Positions 8,369 through 18,001 of a stretch of 32,000 bases of DNA are shown here, piece after piece. The notes under the pieces were generated by a model. The model searched no databases, was not told where the DNA came from, and was given only the letters and a program-made list of their open reading frames with translations. How positions within the stretch are numbered: the stretch's first letter is position 1; the number at the start of each line of letters is the position of its first letter. The stretch is from positions 4,110,001-4,142,000 of the forward strand of contig NZ_CP147990.1 of assembly GCF_037902255.1 (NCBI RefSeq), given 5' to 3'. A program made the position numbers and the translations under genes. The DNA is from Candidatus Electrothrix sp. GW3-4 (lineage in GTDB: Bacteria; Desulfobacterota; Desulfobulbia; Desulfobulbales; Desulfobulbaceae).

Positions 8369-9805
8369 ATGAATAAAAGCAAGAAGATGGAAAGCCATAA
8401 TTCGACACCGCTAGCCGAGCGCATGCGACCGGTTTCACTGGATAATTTCTCAGGACAACAACACCTTGTCGGCAAGGGGAAGCTACTCCATGAATTAATC
8501 CATAACAGCACCATCCCCTCCTTGCTTCTCTGGGGGCCTCCAGGCTCAGGAAAAACCACCTTGGCCTCTATTGTAGCCCATACCATGCAGGCAGATTTTA
8601 TATTTTTTTCCGCAGTGTTATCTGGGGTAAAAGAACTTAGGAAGATTGTCCAGGAGACGCGAGAAAGAAAGAAAGAGGAAGAAAGGCAAACCATCCTTTT
8701 TGTCGATGAGATTCATCGCTTTAACAAGAGCCAACAGGATGCCTTATTGCCCCATGTGGAAAGCGGTCTCCTGACCTTGATCGGTGCGACAACGGAAAAT
8801 CCCTCTTTTGAGGTCATAGCTCCCCTGCTCTCTCGCTGCCAGATGCTGCTCTTGCACCCCCTTGCCGTGGAAGACATCATCTGCATCCTCATGCGGGCCC
8901 TGGAGGATGAAAACACCGGCCTGGGTGCTTATGGTCTTCAGATGGAAAAAGAGGTTGCCGAGATGATCGCCCAAGCCGCTGATGGTGACTGTCGACGGGC
9001 CCTCAACTATCTTGAAACCGCAGCACTCCTTATCATCAAAGACGAGAATGATACACCACGGACTATCACTCGTGAAACCATTCTTGAGGTGGTACAGGGA
9101 CAGACACTTCGTTATGATCGGGCAGGAGAAGAGCATTACAACCTGATATCAGCCCTCCATAAAAGCCTGCGCGACAGTGATCCAGATGGCGCCTGCTATT
9201 GGTTAGGGCGAATGCTGGTCAGCGGCGAAGACCCGCTCTATATTGCCCGCCGCCTGATTCGTTTTGCCAGTGAGGACATCGGTGTCAGCGATCCAAGGGC
9301 CCTGGAAGTAGCAATAAGTTGCCGTAAGGCCTATGATATGCTCGGTTCACCTGAGGGAGATCTGGCCTTATACCAGGCCACGGTCTATCTTGCGACGGCT
9401 CCAAAAAGCAATGCCTTGTATTTAACGGAAAAAAAGATTAAAGAAGAAATACGTCGCTCCGGCACATTATCTGTGCCCCTCCACCTGCGGAATGCGCCCA
9501 CAGGACTCATGAAGAAAATCGGGTACGGGAAGGGATACCAATACGCTCATGACGCTAAGGATGGCCTCGTCGTTCAGGAACATCTACCGGAACAGCTTGC
9601 AGGAAGACGTTTTTATCAGCCCACGGAGAGAGGATTTGAAGCTGTTATTCATGATCGTTTGACGAAATGGCGAAAGATCCTTCAACAACGGGCAGTACAA
9701 CATCGAAAGAAGAAGACTCAAAAAAGGGCTGACTCTACCAAGGGCGAGGTTATTCGTTTGCTGATGAACTTTTCCTCACCAACAGGAGTCCCCATAGCAA
9801 CCTAA
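8369..9805 (+). CDS. rarA: Replication-associated recombination protein A (AAA+ ATPase RarA/MgsA)
   Basis: PLAERMRPVSLDNFSGQQHLVG...LLLWGPPGSGKTTLA (Walker A), ILFVDEIHRFNKSQQDALLP (Walker B / sensor), MgsA C-terminal domain (YDRAGEEHYNLISALHKSLRDSDPDGACYWLGRML). An alternative start is ATG 8387. There is a basic C-terminal tail of about 40 aa beyond the usual end. Confidence 0.92.
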   Translation: MNKSKKMESHNSTPLAERMRPVSLDNFSGQQHLVGKGKLLHELIHNSTIPSLLLWGPPGSGKTTLASIVAHTMQADFIFFSAVLSGVKELRKIVQETRERKKEEERQTILFVDEIHRFNKSQQDALLPHVESGLLTLIGATTENPSFEVIAPLLSRCQMLLLHPLAVEDIICILMRALEDENTGLGAYGLQMEKEVAEMIAQAADGDCRRALNYLETAALLIIKDENDTPRTITRETILEVVQGQTLRYDRAGEEHYNLISALHKSLRDSDPDGACYWLGRMLVSGEDPLYIARRLIRFASEDIGVSDPRALEVAISCRKAYDMLGSPEGDLALYQATVYLATAPKSNALYLTEKKIKEEIRRSGTLSVPLHLRNAPTGLMKKIGYGKGYQYAHDAKDGLVVQEHLPEQLAGRRFYQPTERGFEAVIHDRLTKWRKILQQRAVQHRKKKTQKRADSTKGEVIRLLMNFSSPTGVPIAT

Positions 9806-9838
9806 GCAATTAACCTAAAAAACATATTTACTGATACC

Positions 9839-11578
9839 ATGAATCTTATTGCTATGCTGTCTCGGAAAAAATACATATTTTCCCATCTTTTTCTGCTGCT
9901 GATTGTGCTGCTGACCCTGGCACCGTCATCTTGGGCAGAAGAGTTTTTACTTTTTTACGGGAATGATGTACGCGGTGAGCTCCAACCCTGTGGTTGAAAG
10001 AGAAAACAACTGGGCGGGCTGTCCAGAAAAGCATTACAGATAACACAACGTGCTGAGCAGGAAAAACTTCCTTTCCTGTTCGTTGATAGCGGTTCTCTGC
10101 TTTTTCAGCATAAAAAGATACAGGCAAAAAAAGAAGCCGCAAAAAAAGTCGAGGCCAACGGTATCGCTGCAGCCATGCAGGCGATGAACTGCCGGGCTGT
10201 CGGTATTGGTGCCCACGATTTGGCTGCTGGTGTCAACTTGTTGAAAGAGCTTCAGGAACGGCATAAAACCGTTTGGCTCTCCATGAATCTGGTTGATCCA
10301 GAAAAAAAGGAGCCTATCTTCACACCATACCTTATGACCAAGGTCGGTGGCTTGAAGATTGCTCTCTTAGGATTGACAGACGACCAGAGGGATCATAATG
10401 GAGAAGGTGAAGAGAAAGGAGGGTATACCATCCTGCCTTGGCAGGATACCCTGCCCAAAATCCTTGCTCAGGTAGGGAAAAAAGTCGATATGACCATTCT
10501 TCTTTCAAGTTATTCCTACCAAATCAATAAAGAAATAGCTGAAACGGTTGACGGCCTTCATATGATTCTGGAATCTGGCCATGCCGCTCCGACCGCAGAA
10601 CCCTATAAAGTTGAAGATACGCTGATTGCCCAAACCGGAACACGAGGGAAATATCTGGGCATGATGCGAATTGACTGGAACGAAGCTGGGCAATGGACCG
10701 ATAAGTCCTTTACTCGCCTACGAACAGAGGAAAATCGCCTGAAGCGCGTAAACCAACAACTTGCCCGCCTGGAAAAACAAAAAGATACGGCGGCATTGGC
10801 CAAAAATACAGGCTACAAAAAATTATCCGCAGAGAAAAAAGAGCTTACTCAAAGTATAAAGGCGTTAAAGCAAAGCAGGGATTCTGCTGCCCCGGAGGAC
10901 GATGGTATGTGTAAATATACCAATCGGTTTGTCCCGTTGAATACCTCCTTACCGGAAGATCCAGAGGTCAAAAAAATTATTGACCGGGCTATTCAACAGG
11001 CAAATGCAATCAACCAACAGCGGATTGCCAAAACAGGTCAGAACGATCCCACAATCACCCTTCAGGACCTAGCGGGTTCACAGAAATGCCAGCAATGTCA
11101 TGCCGCCCAAATGACGGTCTGGCAGGACAGTAACCATGCACAGGCGTGGACTACCCTGGAAAAGAACAATCAGCAGTTTAACGAAGATTGCCTGATCTGT
11201 CACGTCACCTTACCCTTTTATGATACAGACAAGGTAAAGGCTGGTAATCTCCTGTTGATGCTGCCAAAGTCCTTGAAGAATATTGGCTGCGAGGCCTGTC
11301 ACGGGCCAGCTGCAGCACATAGCGCAGGCCAGGGCAAGGTACCTGTTGCCCGGCCAGATGAAAAAATCTGCCTCGGATGCCACACACCCGACCATGACGA
11401 TAATTTCATCTTTACCGAAAAGGCCAAGCGGTTAGGTTGCACGTCATCGGCACAGGCACAAAAACTGGAACAAAAAAAACAGGTGAAGAAGATGGAGGAG
11501 AAAGAAGAATCGACAGCCTCTGAGGCAGCAGATCCTCCTCCGACGATTACTCCTCAGGGGAAAAAAGTAAAAAAATAA
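9839..11578 (+). CDS. Periplasmic 5'-nucleotidase-like / tetrahaem c-type cytochrome; candidate selenoprotein (in-frame TGA at 9995-9997, codon 53)
   Basis: ATG 9839 encodes the signal peptide MNLIAMLSRKKYIFSHLFLLLIVLLTLAPSSWA, then EEFLLFYGNDVRGELQPCG-TGA-KRKQLGGLSRKALQITQRAEQEKLPFLFVDSGSLLF...AAAMQAMNCRAVGIGAHDLAAG. This continues in the same frame into track ORF 10175..11578. Four CxxCH motifs are present (CQQCH 11087-11101, CLICH, CEACH, CLGCH 11369-11383), with a coiled-coil segment between the two domains. The downstream ORF alone has no export signal. Confidence 0.65.
10010..10026 (+). promoter_or_regulatory. SECIS-like hairpin 12 nt downstream of the in-frame UGA
   Basis: CUGGGC (10010-10015) pairs with GUCCAG (10021-10026). 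That is 6 bp including one G-U pair, with a G-rich apical loop GGGCU (10016-10020). The spacer after UGA is AAGAGAAAACAA (12 nt). Confidence 0.45.
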
Positions 11579-11592
11579 GCCAAGTAAAACCA

Positions 11593-11615
11593 TTCCTCCC
11601 CCTCTGGGGGAGGGA
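11593..11615. terminator. Hairpin between the convergent cytochrome and lptC genes (possible bidirectional terminator)
   Basis: TTCCTCCCCC (11593-11602), loop TCT, GGGGGAGGGA (11606-11615): 8 Watson-Crick pairs plus G-U and A-U. It sits 15 nt after the cytochrome stop and 16 nt after the lptC stop. Flanking U-tracts are weak. Confidence 0.5.
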
Positions 11616-11630
11616 AAACTGTAGATTGCT

Positions 11631-12197
11631 CTACAGCACCACCTCGACCCGATTATTGAAATCATAGCCACCAGTCGAGACGTCATAATCCATTCTCCCG
11701 GCCTTGAGATTGAATTTCGGCCCCTTGATCTCAACATCTCCTGGACTGATCAGCATCTTCGTGGTGTCATAATAATGAAGCAGGTCAGAGTACATCTCTT
11801 CATACTGAAGGGGCTTGATAATCACAACATCATCAATCAAGGTAAGATGCTGATCATCCATGTGGTATTTTCCGTTCTTGCTGGTTATGCTGATGGATGA
11901 TTCGTCCTTTTTGTGATACAGGGCATCAACATCAATCATATGGATTTCCCGATCAGTTTCACCGGTCTGGGCCTGTTTGGCCTTAATAGTCCAGGTCTGG
12001 ACGCCTTCAGTGGTAAAGGTAATGAGCACATCGTCCATCACGAAATCCTGCGACTGCTCCTGATAGGCTCGCTCGGCAACCTCATCGTAGCCCCCCCTCG
12101 GCTTGAGAAATTGGGCAGCAGCCCCCTTCCACAAAGGACTGGTGGCAATAATGCCGACAGGGATGACCCAGAGAAGATTTCGATAACTTCCCATCAT
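11631..12197 (-). CDS. lptC: LPS export system protein LptC-like
   Basis: 188 aa with an N-terminal membrane anchor (LLWVIPVGIIATSPLW) followed by a beta-rich body. It sits immediately after kdsC with a 1-nt overlap (TGATG), the conserved kdsA-kdsC-lptC arrangement. The assignment rests mainly on context and size. Confidence 0.6.
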   Translation of the reverse strand: MMGSYRNLLWVIPVGIIATSPLWKGAAAQFLKPRGGYDEVAERAYQEQSQDFVMDDVLITFTTEGVQTWTIKAKQAQTGETDREIHMIDVDALYHKKDESSISITSKNGKYHMDDQHLTLIDDVVIIKPLQYEEMYSDLLHYYDTTKMLISPGDVEIKGPKFNLKAGRMDYDVSTGGYDFNNRVEVVL

Positions 12198-12835
12198 CAG
12201 GTTACTTGCATGTATCTGTTCAGCAGCTGAGAAAGCAGCCCCTTGGCCTCCAGGAGCAGTTCACAGGCCTCACGAACAGCGCCATGCCCTCCATTCCTTT
12301 CCGTGACATAATCAACTTGGCGGCAGACCTCCGCAGCTGCATTGGCCGGGGCAAAGCTACATCCGACCTGCATTAAGACAGGAAGGTCGAGCCAATCATC
12401 GCCCATATAGGCTGTCTGTTCTGGCTGCCAGCCCTGTTGTGCAAGAAGAGCAGCATAGGCATCTCGCTTGTTGCGGCAGTCAGTATACACATGCTCCAAC
12501 TTGAGTTCCTTGGCCCTTCTGGCAACGGCTTCAGAGCTGCGAGCGGTGATGAGCCCCACCGCAATCCCGGCATCGCGAAGGAGGCGCAGGCCGAAACCAT
12601 CCAAGGTATTAAACCCCTTTATCTCTTCAGATGCTCCTGCGTAGAAAAGGGTGCCATCGGTCAGGACACCGTCAACATCCAACAAGAGCACTTCAACCTT
12701 TTTTGCCCGCATCATGGCAGCCCGCCAAGCGTTGCTGCGCAAAATAGGCTGCTCTCGCTTCATAGCCCGTTCACGCAGGGACTGGGTCAGACCACAATCA
12801 GAGTATGTACAGTTGTTCTCTGACACCTTATCCAT
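12197..12835 (-). CDS. kdsC: 3-deoxy-D-manno-octulosonate 8-phosphate phosphatase KdsC (HAD superfamily)
   Basis: [45 protein letters not shown]-like ([17 protein letters not shown]), GGHGAVRE. About 40 extra N-terminal residues overlap the kdsA stop by 8 nt, so an internal Met ([16 protein letters not shown]) could be the true start. Confidence 0.88.
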   Translation of the reverse strand: MDKVSENNCTYSDCGLTQSLRERAMKREQPILRSNAWRAAMMRAKKVEVLLLDVDGVLTDGTLFYAGASEEIKGFNTLDGFGLRLLRDAGIAVGLITARSSEAVARRAKELKLEHVYTDCRNKRDAYAALLAQQGWQPEQTAYMGDDWLDLPVLMQVGCSFAPANAAAEVCRQVDYVTERNGGHGAVREACELLLEAKGLLSQLLNRYMQVT

Positions 12836-13676
12836 TGGTCACTTTCTGGACCGTTTCCCGGATAGCCAACAGCTGTTCCAGCAGGGCCTCCACCTCATTC
12901 AGGGGGATACTATTGGGTCCGTCGCAGAGGGCCTTGTCCGGGTCAGGATGCACCTCCATAAAGAGACCGTCAATACCAGCAGCTATAGCAGCCCTGCTCA
13001 AAGTCGGGATAAACTCCCGTTGCCCTCCAGAACTCCCGCCCATTCCGCCAGGCAGTTGTACCGAGTGGGTGGCATCAAAAATGACGGGGCAGCCGAGAGA
13101 GCGCATCACAGGCAGGGAGCGCATATCCACCACCAGATTATTATACCCGAAGCTTGCGCCCCGTTCTGTGAGGAGAATCCGATCACAGCCAACAGCGCGC
13201 AGTTTGTCCACAGCGTGCTTCATATCCCAGGGGGAGGCAAACTGCCCTTTTTTCAGATTCACGGTCTTGCCGGTTCTCGCTGCTGCGACCAGGAGATCGG
13301 TCTGACGACAAAGAAAAGCCGGGATCTGAATAATATCCAAGGCGTCTCCGGCAAGATCCATCTGGCTGGTTTCATGAACATCTGACACCACAGGAACGCC
13401 TACTTCCTGGCGAATACGATCAAGCTGACGCAGGCCGTTTCGAAGGCCTGGCCCCCGGAATGAATCCAAGGAGGTACGGTTGGCCTTATCAAAGGAAGCC
13501 TTGAACACATAGGAAATTCCCAGGCGTTCACAGATCTCCTTCATTTCCTTGGCAACCCGCCAGCCCAGCTCACCAGATTCCAAGGCGCAGGGACCAGCCA
13601 GAAGCAGAAGAGGGTGCTCTGGTCCAACAGAAACGCTCTTTCCCCCTGGAAGGGTGCTGATCTCAAAGGATTTCAT
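12828..13676 (-). CDS. kdsA: 2-dehydro-3-deoxyphosphooctonate aldolase KdsA
   Basis: 282 aa: [79 protein letters not shown]. Confidence 0.95.
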   Translation of the reverse strand: MKSFEISTLPGGKSVSVGPEHPLLLLAGPCALESGELGWRVAKEMKEICERLGISYVFKASFDKANRTSLDSFRGPGLRNGLRQLDRIRQEVGVPVVSDVHETSQMDLAGDALDIIQIPAFLCRQTDLLVAAARTGKTVNLKKGQFASPWDMKHAVDKLRAVGCDRILLTERGASFGYNNLVVDMRSLPVMRSLGCPVIFDATHSVQLPGGMGGSSGGQREFIPTLSRAAIAAGIDGLFMEVHPDPDKALCDGPNSIPLNEVEALLEQLLAIRETVQKVTNG

Positions 13677-13729
13677 CGTAACACAAACTCCGGAAAGATA
13701 TTTTCGCTATAAGCCGGTGCAGCTTCAAT

Positions 13730-15376
<1,647 letters not shown>

Positions 15377-15466
15377 ACCTCTATCCTTTATATGCCGATT
15401 TCGGCTTTACGGAAGCAAGGAACCAGCTGCTCCTGTCCCGATTTCGCTCTTATTTTACAGGAGACA

Positions 15467-15495
15467 ACCATACTCCAAACAGCAATGTTTGACAA
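15467..15495 (-). promoter_or_regulatory. Sigma70-like promoter candidate for pyrG (TTGTCA - 17 nt - TATGGT on the minus strand)
   Basis: The complement of 15490-15495 is TTGTCA and the complement of 15467-15472 is TATGGT, with a 17-nt spacer. This predicts a leader of roughly 85 nt before ATG 15376. Confidence 0.4.
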
Positions 15496-15575
15496 CCACA
15501 CCCTGTGGTTTTCGAAGAATACTTTTTTCATACAAGAGTGAAGAGGGAGAACAAGAGGAAGGGGATGAACAAAAA

Positions 15576-15615
15576 AGCAAGGATCTGTTTTTAGGACTAA
15601 AAACAGATCCTTGCT
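15576..15615 (-). terminator. Rho-independent terminator: perfect 19-bp hairpin followed by T6 on the minus strand
   Basis: AGCAAGGATCTGTTTTTAG (15576-15594) is the exact reverse complement of CTAAAAACAGATCCTTGCT (15597-15615). On the minus strand the stem is followed by TTTTTTG (complement of 15569-15575). Confidence 0.8.
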
Positions 15616-15953
15616 GAAAATAAAATCAGAGATCCTCCTTGGGGAAAACCGGGTTTTCCCCAAGGACTCCAACCGTTATCTGTAGATATATGGCCTAGGC
15701 AGAGGACGCACGACGGGTGCATAATATACATGGGGGTATACCCCCTACGATGGTAATACCTGCCGTGATGAAACACATCCCCAAAAATAGAGGCGCCAAC
15801 AGCAACTGCCCCCACTGCTGCCGCTGTATGAACAGTATCCCGATAACGATCAGCCTCTGTATATGTACCATAAGGGCCAGTTCCTGGCCCAACACAAGAT
15901 GTCAACCAAAGGCAGAGGGCCGTACAGACACAAAAAAGTATTATTTTCTTCAT
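15597..15953 (-). CDS. Small lipoprotein with a glycine-zipper-like segment; the 3' end is doubtful
   Basis: MKKIILFCVCTALCLWLTSC has a lipobox L-T-S-C, and AGGAGG lies upstream of ATG 15953. AAAVGAVAVGASIFG is a Gly-zipper-like stretch. The last roughly 40 codons run through both hairpins listed above (see findings). Confidence 0.65.
   Translation of the reverse strand: MKKIILFCVCTALCLWLTSCVGPGTGPYGTYTEADRYRDTVHTAAAVGAVAVGASIFGDVFHHGRYYHRRGYTPMYIMHPSCVLCLGHISTDNGWSPWGKPGFPQGGSLILFSARICF
15636..15666 (-). terminator. Second strong hairpin (14-bp perfect stem) upstream of the terminator
   Basis: TCCTTGGGGAAAAC (15636-15649), loop CGG, GTTTTCCCCAAGGA (15653-15666). Confidence 0.55.
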
Positions 15954-16399
15954 TTGATCCTCCTTGGTGATACACCTCTATCAGTGAATTAGTCTCTTTC
16001 TTCTATATATAGTGTATAGGTACCGGTGCAGTTTTGCAATCAAATTGCAAAAGGCCGGGAGCAGAACAAAGAGGCCTCCTGCTTTTTAGCATATTCAACT
16101 GGTTTTCTGTAACTACTCAGCCCCATATAAAAAACAAAAAAAGCCAGAGTAAAAAACTATGGCAAAGAAATAGAACGCCTCAAACAGAAGTTTGAAAAGC
16201 TTTGCTCAGCAGGGGAGGTATGCGTTGTGATGATTTGGCTCTTCTTTTACCTTCCTTGGGTCAGCCTCATCGCCTGGATGCCAGGAGGTGAAGCAAATTG
16301 CATACGCATCTAATAATGAGGAACCAATAATGATCTCTACAGTCGTAAGTTCTCAACGGTTTATGATCAATTAAAGCTGCCTTTAGTATTTGCGTTGGG

Positions 16400-17851
16400 T
16401 TATGCTGCTTTCCTGGTCCACACGTTTGAATCTCGAAAAATCTTATCCTCAATTTTACCCTTCAAAATCGTGGAGCGGATTTTTCGCATTATTGCACTGG
16501 GAGCGACATTGAGAAAATCACGCATAAGCAAACCGGCAAGAACATTTTTCGTTGTTCGTTCAGAAGGTATTTCCCGTGAACGTGTCTTGAGGAACCCTTC
16601 ATACTGATGCCAAATCTCCGTGGAGAACAGCGTTGCGACCAACTGGAGCAATCCCAAGGTGATTGCACCAATATTCACAAACCCTTCTGTCGCATCCCAG
16701 CATCGTTGAATGGCTTGTAGGTTTTTCGGTTTCGGAGTAATGAGTTCGCTGTTTCTTCTGGGTTTTCTGGAGTGTTTTGGCATCCCTTTTGACCAGAAAT
16801 GACACTGAAATGCATGGATAACATTTTTAAGCATATCGAACATGGTTTCAATTCGTACCCTAAGGCAGTACAGTTCAATTGCTGCCAGTGGGTCCTGTGA
16901 TACGTTGCTACACATAAGCACAATACGACCATGAGATGTTTCGGCAAAAACAAAACGAAGAGTGGTGCGCAAAGGCTGCCACAGTAAATCAAGATGATAC
17001 AGCTTGATCGTTTCAACCTTATTGTAGATACGTGCTTCAACTGTAGCAAAACAACTCTGATGGTCAAAAATCTCCATCAGATGAACTTTTTCACCGTATT
17101 TTGCGTAGCAACCTGATCCCTTATAGTCTTTTGGATCTGCTTGAAAATAAGCGACATAATTCTTTTTTGCCCGGACAATAATTTCCACCAAAGGCTGCTG
17201 AAGAGTCAATGAGTATATCGTTTTGGCTCGGTTAAAAACTGTTTTTGTAGAGAAGAAAGCGTCCAGAACCAATAGAGAAGGCTGGTTCGTCCTCAGTGCA
17301 AAAAATAGAGCCATATCAACCATGCATTCTCCCATAGTTGGTACATTGTCATTGTTTTCTTTCCCCAAATGTTGATATCCTTGATGCATTTGCAACATCA
17401 GCGGCAAAGCGAACATATGGGGAGCAACGCCGGTAACCGCAGCAAGAGCCCCCCAGCATTGCCCACGGAAATAACTGGGCTTACTTTGTGTGTCGCTGTC
17501 CTGATGTAACGTAACAACTCCAGGCATTTTTCGTCCGTCTCGCGAGAGGACAGTATGGTCTCCCAGTGTGACGATACGTCCTTGTGAGGTCATACATAAC
17601 CCACTTGAACTCACAAAGAAGAACCAATGATTCAGTAATTCGTTCAGAGTCCAGGCCGAAGAACGAAAAAAATGATTTAACGTGTGATAGCCCGGTATTT
17701 CTAACAACCAGAAACGGCAGAAAGAACTGACACCGACCATTTCTGTGCTGCCAATAAAACCGAGAACAATCATGACAAAAATAAGCCAGGTTTTGTCACG
17801 GGAAAAAACAGTACGAAAGCTTGTTAACGAGTCATACAAATAGTTGATCAT
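16400..17851 (-). CDS. DDE transposase of IS-A (IS4-type Y(2)R(3)E(6)K signature)
   Basis: 483 aa. Candidate DDE residues are in LGDHTV, LVLDAFF and RIETMF. The motif LYCLRVRIETMFDMLK fits Y-x2-R-x3-E-x6-K, the IS4-family hallmark. Confidence 0.88.
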   Translation of the reverse strand: MINYLYDSLTSFRTVFSRDKTWLIFVMIVLGFIGSTEMVGVSSFCRFWLLEIPGYHTLNHFFRSSAWTLNELLNHWFFFVSSSGLCMTSQGRIVTLGDHTVLSRDGRKMPGVVTLHQDSDTQSKPSYFRGQCWGALAAVTGVAPHMFALPLMLQMHQGYQHLGKENNDNVPTMGECMVDMALFFALRTNQPSLLVLDAFFSTKTVFNRAKTIYSLTLQQPLVEIIVRAKKNYVAYFQADPKDYKGSGCYAKYGEKVHLMEIFDHQSCFATVEARIYNKVETIKLYHLDLLWQPLRTTLRFVFAETSHGRIVLMCSNVSQDPLAAIELYCLRVRIETMFDMLKNVIHAFQCHFWSKGMPKHSRKPRRNSELITPKPKNLQAIQRCWDATEGFVNIGAITLGLLQLVATLFSTEIWHQYEGFLKTRSREIPSERTTKNVLAGLLMRDFLNVAPSAIMRKIRSTILKGKIEDKIFRDSNVWTRKAA

Positions 17852-17896
17852 ATAATCACCGCTTCTTTTTTTGAAGAAGCCTATGATTATATGATC
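17846..17896 (-). promoter_or_regulatory. Nested hairpin covering the IS-A transposase start codon (copy 1)
   Basis: Same sequence as 23721-23771 in copy 2: 13-bp arms GATCATATAATCA / TGATTATATGATC enclose a 7-bp inner stem GCTTCTT / AAGAAGC. The ATG lies inside the distal arm. Confidence 0.6.
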
Positions 17897-18001
17897 GTTT
17901 TACAATCTCAGCAAGTCAGCCGAGAACTTACGACTGTAGAGTAATGATGGGTTCTGTGCAGGAGACAACTCTGCGGGAGAACTCATGAGACAATGAAAAT
18001 C

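Larger units (their letters stand above)
16335..17941 (-). mobile_element. IS element A, copy 1 (IS4-family-like), intact, 1607 bp
   Basis: Perfect 20-bp terminal inverted repeats: CTCTACAGTCGTAAGTTCTC at 16335-16354 and its complement at 17922-17941. Flanking direct repeat TAATGAT at 16328-16334 and 17942-17948. A second copy begins at 23676. Confidence 0.92.

Noticed and set aside
9852-10142. 96-aa minus-strand ORF in the gap between rarA and the cytochrome ORF
   Set aside because: It is antisense to a plus-strand frame that encodes a clean signal peptide and conserved 5'-nucleotidase-like motifs. Its own product is low-complexity with no recognisable features.
10175-11578. Met 10175 as the true start of the cytochrome gene
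   Set aside because: The resulting protein would have four CxxCH motifs but no signal peptide, and it would begin in the middle of a conserved domain (AMN...G.H motif). The upstream frame is open apart from one TGA.
16230-16313. 27-codon ORF (MIWLFFYLPWVSLIAWMPGGEANCIRI) just left of IS-A copy 1, with GGGGAGG 11 nt upstream
   Set aside because: It is too short, there is no conservation evidence available, and the spacing to the SD-like sequence is long. I cannot support it from the sequence alone.
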